Origin: Adineta vaga
Taxonomy: Eukaryota; Animalia; Rotifera
DNA length: 64,000 nt
Assembly: GCA_021613535.1 (NCBI GenBank)
Contig: CP075495.1
Coordinates: forward strand, 5,766,001-5,830,000
Reading direction: 5' to 3'
A model generated the notes under the pieces. It made no database searches, had not been told where the DNA came from, and saw nothing but the letters and a program-made list of their open reading frames with translations. The translations under genes were made by a program, and so were the position numbers. Of this stretch, positions 40,475 to 53,300 are shown piece by piece (within the stretch, counting starts at the first letter, position 1; each line of letters opens with the position of its first letter).

Positions 40475-41320
40475 ACTTAATAGATGTACTTTCGCACAGC
40501 TAATTTTTTTTCCTTATCCATATATTGTTAATTCATTCTTTTTCTCAGTTCTCTTCATTCCTTTCTACGAGTTTATTTGATGTATCGTCGTTTTTATACG
40601 ACATTTTCAATAAAAGAAATACAAGCATTAAAATACAAAAGCAAAAATGCAAATATGATGAAGATCTTTTTTCAGCGATCAATCTATCTTTGAAATCTCA
40701 TTACGAGAAATGAACAGACTTTTTTTTGTAATTTCCTTCGAGTTTCATCCTCGATACACAGAAAGTCAATATTTATCATAAGTATGCATTATCGAAAGAA
40801 AAACGTGGATGGTGTTTATCTGTTTATGAAGGTCTATCTTTGTTTTCAACCTTGAATTAATGTTTACAAAATAAATTTGACAGATAGATCAAACGTGAAA
40901 TACCTTAATCGTATGAAATAAATAATTATTCTTTCTGCTTGACTTACACAAATAAACGAACATTTATTCACTCTCATTATATGTATCGAATTGATAGAAA
41001 AAAAGAAAGAAAAACTTGAAGAACTCGATGACATTTTTATTCTACTAATATGTAAAATAAGATTTTTATATTGCTCATTATCAAGAAAATATAGTAATGT
41101 ATTGTTTGAAAATTAATGAGAGTTATTCTTAGATGGAAAATAATCTTATATATGAAATAGAATATTTTATCTAATGATAGCTCTTATGTCGATCGAAGAA
41201 TAAAGATCTAATATAGTACTAAGAACAATAGATTTTATTTAGAAAAATCATTAGTTTTATGTTATCATATACATAAACACAAACACAAGAAAACGAGAAA
41301 AGTTTTCAATGTTTAATAAT

Positions 41321-44300
41321 TCAGAGCACGATAAGTGCAACACCTCGTTTAATCCAATATTTTTGTGATTTTGATGAAGGTACTTCAATTGTAAAGACGA
41401 AATTTGTTGAATGTCCAGTTGTTGATAATGTACCAGCACGTGTCAATGTTTTATATACAGGACACATATAAATTCCTGATGTTGGAATTTGTCGATTTTG
41501 TTCCGGTTGTAACCATATAATTGGCATATCAGTAAACAATTCCTTCGGTCGAGATTCTCCAAGAACATGTGCAGCATTATCCCAACGTGCACCTTCAACA
41601 AATAAACCTCGGATATAACAACCATCTGTCGGTGCTTGTGTAATATCTTTGACTGCTTGTTTCATTACCTATAAAAGAAAAGATTTCGCTTGTTTTTGTT
41701 TACTTTCCTAAAATTCATTCGACATACTTGAAAACCAAAACTGACTGTATCGATTGAAATAACAAATTTTCGAGCATAATTTTGAAGTGTACCCGTAAGA
41801 AATGCTTGTGGAAAGAAGAAACCACTAATCCAAAATATGGTTGGAATACCATTATCAACCCATCCTTGAACAAATTCGACACGTTGAATCAAATCAGCTA
41901 CCCAGGAAGCTAATGGTTTTAAACTTGGATATGCCTAAAAAAATTTTGATATATTTTTATCCAAATAACAATTCAAAAAAAGACATAGTGAAACATACGG
42001 CTTTACTCCACATAACAGGTACTGCATTATTAAATAAACTTTTCGACATTTCTTCTAATGCTTGAGAAAGTACTACTAAACCTTTCATTGCCTTGAGTAA
42101 TTCTTGTAAAGATGTATGAATAACATTTAATAATTTATTATATCTAAAGGAGAAGACTAACGATTAAAGGGGGAAAAAAAGGAAAAATTTCAACGTACCG
42201 AATAATTTCTTGTGTTAAAACAGTATTCATAGACTAAAAATAGAAGATTTTTTTCTTTTAAATCAATACTTCCGAAAAGAAATATGAATATTCGATTTGT
42301 AACTAATTAAGATAAATTTTCTGTTCTAACCAACTGATACAAATGATGTTTTCTATCTCGATTAGACTCATTGCTTTACCTGTTCATACATAACCGGATA
42401 TTTTTCCATTACTGTTGCTAATGGTATTGGTTTAGGCACACGCGAAAGTACATCTTTAACTATTTTTTCAATAACAACATCACGATTTTCACCGGCTGTC
42501 GCTGTCTTCGGTTGTAAATCAAGTAAATCTTTTAATGTACGATAAGTTTCATTTTGTGCGAAAGTAACTAAAAAGAAAGATCGAAAACGTATTTTTTTTT
42601 CTTTATTCAAATTAAAATATTTCTTCATTTACTATTTGCATTTTCATGTAAACCGAAAATTTCCGGTGTATCATTGATTGGTAAACTACGAATATAAGCA
42701 AGATAGGCTGGATGTTCTGATGTTGGTGGTAATTGATGATAAACTTGTGATTCATCATAACAATAATTCGAATCGAGCACTTTTGAAGCATAGAAATCAT
42801 CAAGAACATTCATTACACAACGTCGATCCCAATCATCAGTAACACGACCACCTATAAGAATAAAAATAAATTCCATAGTTTTCATTTTATCGATCATTAT
42901 TCTTATTTACCATAATTGATTTCACCCGCTGTATATTTCAAAACCTATGAAAAAAAATTACATGTATTACTTTCATGAAAAACAAAGAGATCTATTTTTA
43001 TTTTTACTTTATAAGCAATTTCTGTATATTCCATTAAAAACATTCGTAATTGACTCATACATATACGTAAATCACCATCTGTAAATTCATATGGAATGTT
43101 AAAACCCAGTGGACCTAGTCAGAAGATATTTGTATATATATATATATCTATGTCATGAAATGAATTGAATCTCCTACCAAATTTTCGTCGTTCAAGTAAA
43201 ACGGCATGGAATAGACAAAGCGATAAGAGTAAATGTTTAAATTCATCAGCCTAATTTCAAATCATAGGTTCGTTTTTTTTTTATATAAAGGAGAAATTAC
43301 GTACCTTTCCTGTACATGACGTGAGAAAATCATCGTTAAGAGTGATATATGATCTTAGTAGATTTGCTTTAATACCACGAGGTGGTTCAACTGTCATTTT
43401 ACTTCCATTTTGTAAGATCATCACAGGAAATTGAGGACTTGGCATACTTGTTAACCATAATCGGAAATCTTTATGCACCTATGAAATCAGAAGTAGAGTA
43501 AAATGAGATTTTCTCTTTCCTATTCGCTATTTAATCACATTCTGTAGAATAGGAAAAGAAGAAAAGAAGAAATTATTATAAATCTTTTGCATTTCTATTT
43601 CTCGGATATTTATCGCTTGATAGATCAAATGATCTAATAAGCATCTCTCGATAAGAAATGATCGATGAAATAGAATTCACTTCTCTATACATAGATACAT
43701 ATTGCTCTTACATGATCTGGATCGACTTGTTCGACTAATCGTTCTAAAGTTGGCATCCATGATGGTGATAAATGGCAATTTTGAAAAAATACCCATTGTC
43801 CTTTTTCCATAGCTGCACGCATCATTGCTTCAGCTCTAGGACCCTAATAAAAAGAATTCATGTATGTATAATGATTTTATTTCTTGATAAATTCTTACCT
43901 GTCCTTGACCTAGTGAAATTGTATTGAGACGTTTAGCAAATTTCATTTCTTCAGCAAATTTATATAAATCAGCAGCTGGATCTGTACCGACAGATAAAAC
44001 AAAGATTAACGGCGTTGTTGCTGATGAATCACGAAAGACAAGATGTAAATCAGCCGTCTATAACAGAAACAGAGATAGAAAACAAAATATTGATTGATAT
44101 TAGTCAGATACGATTGACAGTATCTCAATTTTTTTTTCTCTCTTTAGATTTTTTCCTTCTATCATTTACAGTAGGAAAATATCAATGTATTTTTTCGAAG
44201 GGTGATATATTGACTCGCTTGAAATAAATAATTTATCTAGTTTTGATAGATAGATCGATCGATCAATAGATATATACATACTTGAGGCTCAATAAATTTT

Positions 44301-47300
44301 TGACCAAGATTCTGAGACACAAAATCTTGCATGGCATTTGTAACTTTGTCAGGACGGAGACATTTGAGAAACATAATTTTTTGAAAATCATCCAAACGAT
44401 CCGACCATTCTTGAGGTAGACGAGCTCTATGATAAGATACATAAAGAGATAGAAGAAAGTGTAATAAGACTATGTTAAATCACATGCATATTTGGAATAG
44501 TTACAAGTAGCAATCAAAAAAGCGAATAGCCGCTCCCTGAGGAAGAATATCCGCTCTTATGTCTGTTTTCTCGTTGTTTTTCCTTTTTTTTCGTTATATT
44601 ATATGAAAACGATCTCATCATCATCATCATCATCATCATCCTCGTCAAATACGAGCATAAAACACATTCATATATATGTCTGAGAATACTAGAAATCATA
44701 GTCTTTTTGCTATCGTTTATATAAACTATCGTCACCAGACATCATATATCTTATTCCCTTGAATATATCCAAAGATAAATCTAGGGAAAAGTTTTATTTG
44801 ATAACGTATCGCCTTATAAATATCAATATTGGTCTTGGAAGGTAATTGACTTTTGTTCTTTTCTTCAGTAATCTTGAATAAGAATCGATGATTAGTTTGT
44901 CATTTTCTATAGTCATATTGTTGCTTAATTTCGTATCCACAAAAAGATATATATCTGTACATACATATTTTCTTCACATAGTTCATCATTGTATTAAAGC
45001 TTCTATTCTCAATTGACAATAAAAACAAATATATGAGCAATATGATGACGATAGAAAATCAACGACAATATTAATCATCAATACTATTGCTTTTTTGGAT
45101 TTATTCATTGATTGAATGAAAATACTTCTCTGTAGGAGGGTGTTGTCTATTGATTCAATCGATAAAAGAAAAGAAAAGGGAGTAGGAAAAGAATTTGTTA
45201 CTCTTTATTGTATTGTCTTTTCTATTTGCTTTCAAATATATTATTTCTTCATTATACATGCACATCTCTATATTATTACCTTAGAAAACTTAATTGATTA
45301 TAACATCGACATTTTCTTTTCTGACCTTGTCGATCTTTTTTCCCAACGATAGAGACTTAGAAACATTAACAAGCAATGATTTCTGAGAAAACAAATATGC
45401 CCTATGGGCTAAATGTTGTTGACGTGTTCAACATTACATATATTCACAACCAACCGATTTCTTATCTTTTCATTATAGACAATAAGAGGTAGATATTTCC
45501 ACTATTCCTAATGCATCTTTCATTACAGATTAAAGAATGTCGACTAACCCCTGCTGAACTAAGTAGTATATATGCCTGCCTATTTTCGAATAAGTTTCTC
45601 TTTTTCTTTTTTTACTAACTAAAATTTCACGTCTCTCATAAATTAAATAAATAGACATAGAAGTATTTTGCTCGAAGCTATTTTCTGAGTTATTAGTTTT
45701 TTTTATCTTAAGTTGTTCGATCAATAACTGATTTGATTAATTCATCGATGAAAACAGTATGTATTGATATATTTCTACGTACTTTTCTGGTTCACTACTA
45801 TCGAAGATTTGTTTGTAATCTTGTAAATGATTACGAAAGTTTTGTGCAAAATTTTTGAATGGTTCCAGTGATTCAAGTGTAAGAATTTCCAACCAAATAC
45901 GTTCTGTAATCCACTTTGGTGCTGGATTCGGTACATCAACAGGACGTATTGAACCGCCGGCCAAAAAGAATCGATATTCATTCTAAATAGAATTTATCAT
46001 ATATAGATATTTTTTCTTGTTCTTTTCATTTTAGACAAAACGAAATAAAAACTATCATGAGTAAAAATCCATGTTTATTAAATGTAAATGGATCGATTCG
46101 TTTCGATACATTACATGATATTGAAGTTGCTGGTTATCGTTATGTGATGTTAACAATATGTATATTTGGTGTGGTATGTAATATACTGAATTTATGTGTT
46201 CTTCTTCAACGTCGTCTGAAAGAATCACCTTATACTTATCTAACAGGATTAGCTTTTGCCGATATGTTTACATTAATTTCTATTTCACCTGTTTCAATCG
46301 TACGTGGTGATTATATTCGACATGAAAATATTTTTTTTACTTTAACACGTCTTGAAGCTCAACTTTATATGCCATTAGCAAATTATTTTGGTCAAGTCAG
46401 TATTATGATTACTGTTGCATTAACAATGGAACGTTATTTATTTACAACTTATCCATTACGTACACAAAGTTTTTGTAAACCAAGCTATGCACGACGTGTT
46501 ATTGCTATTATTGTTGTATTTTGTGGAATTTTAAATATTCCACGATTTTTAACCGAAACAGTTGAAAAAAAGATCGCATCAGGAACAAAATTTAATACAT
46601 CAAATTGTATAACACATCCATTTCAAATAAAATATTCATCAACAAATCTCTCACATATTGGTCAATGTTTTTGTGTCATTGGTCAAACAAAAGAAAGTTT
46701 TGTACCATTTCAAAATTATTATTATTATACAATGTTAGGTATTAATCAAATAATTCCATTTGCAATCTTACTTTTCTTAAATTTAAGTTTAATAACACGT
46801 GTACAAACATCGAATCGTTATACATTGGCTGAATTAATTGCTCGTCAGCATCATAATTTAAATTCGACTACACCAGGTATGAGTGCTGCTGCACAAAAAC
46901 GTTTACGTGAAGAACATCGTCTAACCAAAACTCTTGTTGCTGTTGTTGTTGTTTTTCTTATATGTAATACATTTACAATTATATCTTATCCTGGTCTCGT
47001 ACGATTTTTAACAAAAAACAAGTATCCAACTTATTTCTATGTCGGTTTTCGTATACAAAAATTAATTACAAATATTATGTTACTACTAAATTATTCAATT
47101 AATTTCTTTTTCTATTGTGCATTTAATGAAAAATTTCTTTCAACTTTAAAGAAAACGTTTCGATATGACAAATTATTTTGTGGATTAATATCTTCACAAC
47201 ATCGAACATTAGCTACGATGTCAACAGCAACTTTACAATCAAATATCTGTCAAGCAGATCAATGTATTTCAACCTATCATACACATACAGAGCAATCCAA

Positions 47301-50300
47301 TCGACGACGAAAACAATTTGCTAATAAACAAGAATATGAGAAGATATCTAAAGATGAATTAATTATCAATGATGATTTATAAACAAAACTATCAAGATTA
47401 TTCTTTTTTGACAATCAATGTACTGATCAAGTATTACATTGATATAAAACAGTTCTTATACAAAATTAGAATAGAATAATCAGTATGTCGAGAACAATTT
47501 ACATCAATGATTGAAATAAAAACCATGTCAGAAGATATTCCTTTCTTATTAAATTCAATTGAAAATAGTCATTGATTTCTTTAGATATAGTCAATAAAAG
47601 TTCATAAAATTGAACTTACCATTGAGATTTTCTTTTGATTCATTAATACTCGTACAGTAAGTAAGAATGCAAATAATAACTTATGTTTTTCAAATAAACT
47701 TCGACATACATTGCAATAAAGATTATATGTAAAGTAATCATTGATATTTTTAATACGATTTTCCAAATTATCTAAAAAGAGAAAAAAAGAAAGATTCTTT
47801 CTATGAATATAAGTATACAAAGGTATAATTTTACCTGCACGTGGTGCACCTTGTATACTTGTTAAAAAGATATTTGTAAACCATTCTAATGAATATTGAT
47901 ACATAGGATCAATATTAGCTAAATCAGATACACAGAAAAATAAGATTTGTGTATTAACAGCAACAGGAACATATTCAGCACGAGTCATATCAATGTCCTT
48001 TTCTGTTTGTTCGGCTGCTTGCATTTTAGTCTAGAAGAAGATGAAGAGAAATGAAATATTTTCGAATAAAGAAATAAACGAACTTTGATTTCAGTTGATT
48101 TTGATTTCGATGCTTCCAAAGCTGTAATCAATTCAATATCATCGACAGGATTTTCACTTGTACTTAATTTTTCAAGAATCGTATCTTCTAGAGCTTTTAA
48201 TTCATTACGCATTGTTGCATTTGATATAATTAATGTATTCTTCATTTCTTCTAAATCTGGACGTTCTTCAGCAACGACACGTGCTAACATTTGATCTTCC
48301 AAACCACTGAAAAAAATACGCTTCATTGAAAAACACTAACGAATTCATTTCTTTTCATTTTACCTTGGTGATAATGTAAAATTAACTAATGTAACTTTAA
48401 CAGAGATTTCTGGTGTATAATGTGGATTTGGTAACTTAGTTGTGATATAAAAACGAAAATCATCATGATAAGGTATAACAGCATCACCTAGCTTGATCAC
48501 AGTACTACCCGATTGACGAAACGTCTATTTAGAAAAGATAGATTGAAAGTTTACGAGCATTATTTCAAATATTTACCTGTCGTAAGAGAACAGGTTCAAG
48601 AGCTAAAAATAAGAAAAAAAAACGAAATAATTCTAGAATATCATTGCAAAATCGAATACAAACCAGGATCTATATCTGTCCCAACATTTTCTAACAAGCA
48701 TGGTTTACCAAATCGAATGGAATTTTCTAATGTTCGTAAATAATCACGCTCAGATAATTTCATTACATCAAGTCCAGTATTTTTTTCCTAGAATAACAAT
48801 ACAAAATGCTCTTGTTATTTCTAATGTTTTCTTTTTACCATATTTTTAATCCATTTATTAGCTTGTCCTTGTGGATCAATAAATAAAGGCCAACGATTTG
48901 AATATTGAACAATAACACCATTCTGTACTGATAAATTATCCTTGGGTAAACCAGCTAATTGCCAATTACGAATTTTAACAGCATCACCAAGAACTCGAAC
49001 TAATTCAGGATTATCCGAATGTGGAATATTATATGCTTTTAGTTTTGTGATCCATTCTCGAACCATATTTTCACGATATTCAGTCTAGGCAATTAAAAAG
49101 ATTCGTAACAAAAACAAAAAAAAATAAAACTATAGATTTACTGTAAATGGACCGAGATAAGCAATAAATCCCGAGCAAACCAGTACATCACCAATGACAT
49201 TGCCCAACGAATTATCTAACATAGCAACATTTTCTTGCCAACGAATTTTTTCATCACCTAAACCAGTTGTTAACTATTTGAAATGAAAATATGTATTTAT
49301 AGAGAGATAAATATTCATTCTAATGAAACTTACTCGTTCGGCACGTGCAATACGTTGATTACATTCATCAACTTTCGTTTCATATTCTGTTTTCTTTCGT
49401 ACAGCATCTTCATATTTAACTTGTAATGTTCTTAAACCTTCTTCTAATTTCTTTAATTCACGTTTTTTCGTTGCTAATACTTCTTTAACAACAGCTAATT
49501 CGGCTTCAGCATTTGCTAATGCTTCTTTACGTGGTGCAACTTCTTTATTGATCATATAGAATGCATACATAGCTCGACACCACATACATAAAGATTTGCA
49601 TGCTTTGGATGTTTTTTCAATTTTAAGTGGATCAAATTCTGGACTATCGATATGTTTTTGTAATTTTTGTATAACAATTTCCGGAATATTTTCTTTATCA
49701 AATTCTCTTAATGATTGAAGGAATTTACCCGCATCTCCTAATAAACCACGGCCTGGTTCCCAATAATCATCTTCTTTCTTTCCCGGTTTATTCAGTACAG
49801 GTACTTTTAATGGTTCAACTTGTTTCAATATACAAACAGCTTCCATAGTTAATTTGACACCTTGTGGAGGTCGTTGTAAAGAACGCACTTCATTGATATC
49901 ATTTTTCGATAAAACTTCAAGACTTTGTAAAGCAGCTTCAAGTGCTGGCATAGCTTCAGCAAGACGTTCAGAGGCTTCACTTGCAATAGCACGAGTTTCT
50001 TTGACTTTCGTTTGAACTTCTTCTTCTTCAAGAGCTACTTTTGCTTTAATTTCTTCTGTACTTGATGTATCTTCAGCAATTTTTGCCATGGTTTCATTCG
50101 TTTCTTCAACAGCTTGATCAAGTAATGGTAACATTTCATTTAATTCTACACGTAATTTAGCTACATCTTTTTCTGTCGATAATAGTTTATCTAGACCAGT
50201 TTTCGTACGTCGTTTTGCAAATACTAATTCATCTTTTTTCTTGCCAAAAATTTTCGAAAATATATTTAAAAGTTCAAGATATGATGTAGGAGTCACATAA

Positions 50301-53300
50301 TTATATCGACTCATTTCTTCACGATATTTTATTGTCATTATAGCTGCTGATTGATGAATTTCTTGACATAGTTTAACTAAACCTTGAACAATTTTATCAT
50401 CAGCTTCTAATGTCGGCATATTATTCAAATAAGTCTCCGAAACAGCTTCTAAAGCATCTTTTGGCCATTCAGAATACCAATCAATTGTACAGCAACTAAA
50501 GTGAAAAAGATTACAATTATTGATTAGTACTATCGTATTCATTTATTAGAGGTTTACTTGACTAAAGCCGGAAATTGACGAAGTCGAGCACGAAAAACTT
50601 CACCAATAGGACTATAAACAATTGAAGAATGAATTTGTTGTTCGAAAAAATTATTTTCATTTTCTAAATTTACCTCATACAAACAACAGTATGTAAATTT
50701 TGACGTACACGTTTGGTATAAGCCGAATAAAGATTTGTTTTTGTTGGTGGTAAGCCAGCTTCAGATACAACAGGTTTCATCATCGTATAAATTTGTTCAA
50801 GTTCATCGAATTGATAAATATTTGGTACATCACCACTGTTGAGAATATTATTGAGATCTTCAAGAAAGGATTCACTTTTAATCTATATAGACATACATAT
50901 ATAATTCATAAGAAAACTATAAAAATTAGTCTATTACTTGTGTGTCCGAGAAGAGAAAAACAGTTGGTGTATTACGAAGACCAGCATGAAGCATAAATTT
51001 TTTCAAATCATCTTTCCATTCACTCATACCTATGATAAACAATGACAACATAATAGAAACAGATATCGTACAATCGAATTCATTTACCATAACTTTTCGA
51101 TAATTGTATAGAACGAAGTTCATATTCGGAACTAAATAAAAATACATTAATTCAACTTTCTTCTTCTTCTTTTATAATTGTATTTTGTTTAAAGACTTAC
51201 ATAAATGCAGCAAGTCGTGTTAATGATTGTCGACCAGAACCTCCAACACCTAATAATAATGCATTGCCAAGTGGTTGTTTAATAATACGTATAATTCTTG
51301 AAATATGTTTCATTGCGTCCATAAATAACACTAAATTCATTTTAGTAGTGTTAACTTGATTATATTCTTCTAAATATTCATCTAGACGTTTCTTCATCTA
51401 CAAAAATAAATAAATATTTCACAAAATTTTCCTTCTAATATGTTTACCAATTTCACATCATCCAATTCTTGATAGGCTTTATCAGCAGTTTGAGCAACGA
51501 AATCTCCATAGAGTACAGGTTCTTGTACAGCATTATCAAAATTAATATTGAAATCTGATTTCATATGTTCACCAAGTAAATTACGAAACCAATCTCGATC
51601 TTCATCATTAATTAATCGATCTTGAAATACACGACAATTTTCATGATACCATAAACGAAGTAAACTTTCGACATTCTAAAACATAAATTATTCAATAAAA
51701 ACTTTGCAATCAAGTATTATTGTTCTTCTTACGTCAACTCGTTTTGCTTCCATCATTAACATTCCTTGAAAAACTTTCGATAAATCTCGTAAATTAAATG
51801 TATAATGTGATTTGCTCGGTGTTGGAAGTAATGATGCACAAACTGTTTTATATACTTCAATCGATGACATAACTAATTTATCACTAAGACTTAGAACAAA
51901 TTCATTTTGTCTTGTCCACCAATTGAGTATAGTTGAAAAGATTTTTCTCATACTATCATTTTCAAGTTCAGTAAAAGATAAGAAATTAAAATGACGTGTT
52001 AGACGTGGCGTGACTGGATTACGACCACCACTGGATATAAATGAAAATATCAAATAATGAGTTCCGTTTTGAAAAAAAAAACAATGTCTTTACCCTGGTG
52101 GACCCATCGCACAAATAAAATTGATATCAACTAATGTACGAAATTCACCGACTACTTTTCGATCATACCATCCTTTAAAATCCATATATTGTCGAATTAA
52201 TTCAATTGGTGGTTGAGCACCGTAAGTTTCCAAGGCTGGCATGTTCAAATCATCGATAAAAAATAGAAATACTTTGCCTAATGGTGGACCATAAATACCA
52301 CGACGTCTAAAATGAAAATAGTTCAACTTTCGAATTACGTTTACGATTGACAAAGAAATAATCTAAACCTTTTATCTAATTTTGAATCAATTAAATCTTG
52401 TGTTTGATTTGCATTTGTTTTAGCTGAAAACACAATAAATTCTGGACTGAATTCTTTTGGCATTGAACGTATTAGTTTATCTGCAACAGTTAATGTTTTG
52501 CTTGTTCCTGTCGGTCCAACACAGAGAACTGGTCGATCCATTCGAAGTAACATTTCTATAATATGTGCATTACGAATATTATCAATTGTTGGTACGAGTA
52601 TATCGGAAAATTTTGCATCATTAGCAATTTGAAATGGTGGTAAATCAGCTAACCAATGTTTCCAACGTGGTTGACGTTTTTTATTTTCATCACCACCTTC
52701 TTCTTCATTGGCTTTTTGTTCTTCTGTCGGTTGAACAATACCACCATCATCAAATACATAATCATAAACGAGTCCATCAGCAGGTAATGCAAGTTTGATC
52801 TACGAATAAAATTTTATATGATTTAATACAATTAGAAAATTTGTTTAGAAAATCTACTGGATTATGTTGAAGTTTTTGACGTAACCATTCGGAAAATTTT
52901 CGACGTGAATCATTATCACATGAAGCACCCACTGACCAGATAAGTGAAAAAATAAACCATGGTTCGATAAGATCAGCAACACGTTCGGTTGCTTCAGGTG
53001 GAGCTGGTTTATCAGACTAAACATAGAAAAAGATTGAATTATATAATTGATACTTATTTATAGATATATGTATAAAGCATAATGCAGAAGCGAAAAATCA
53101 AGCAATTCAGTTTATTACTACGATAAATATTTATTATAGCCATAATTAGTTAATAATAAGATTAACATAGAAAAACGTCGAACTAAGACTACTTACACGA
53201 CCTTGACGTTGACCTTTCTATTGAAATAAAAAGTTAAAAAAATATCGTATTTTGCTGAACTTTTTTACAGAAATTTGAATAGAAGTTTTTAAAGATTTAA

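Noticed and set aside
43540-43542. Possible 3-nt microexon (tacag AAT gtgatt) in a DNAH1 intron
   Set aside because: The flanking exons already give the conserved PDHVHKDF spacing, the donor is weak, and a chance match is plausible.
34044-47382. FYDFG peptide precursor and the nested GPCR as a ligand-receptor pair
   Set aside because: Only proximity (~12 kb) supports it. Ligand and receptor genes are rarely linked in animals, and the receptor looks FMRFamide/SPR-like rather than AstA/galanin-like.
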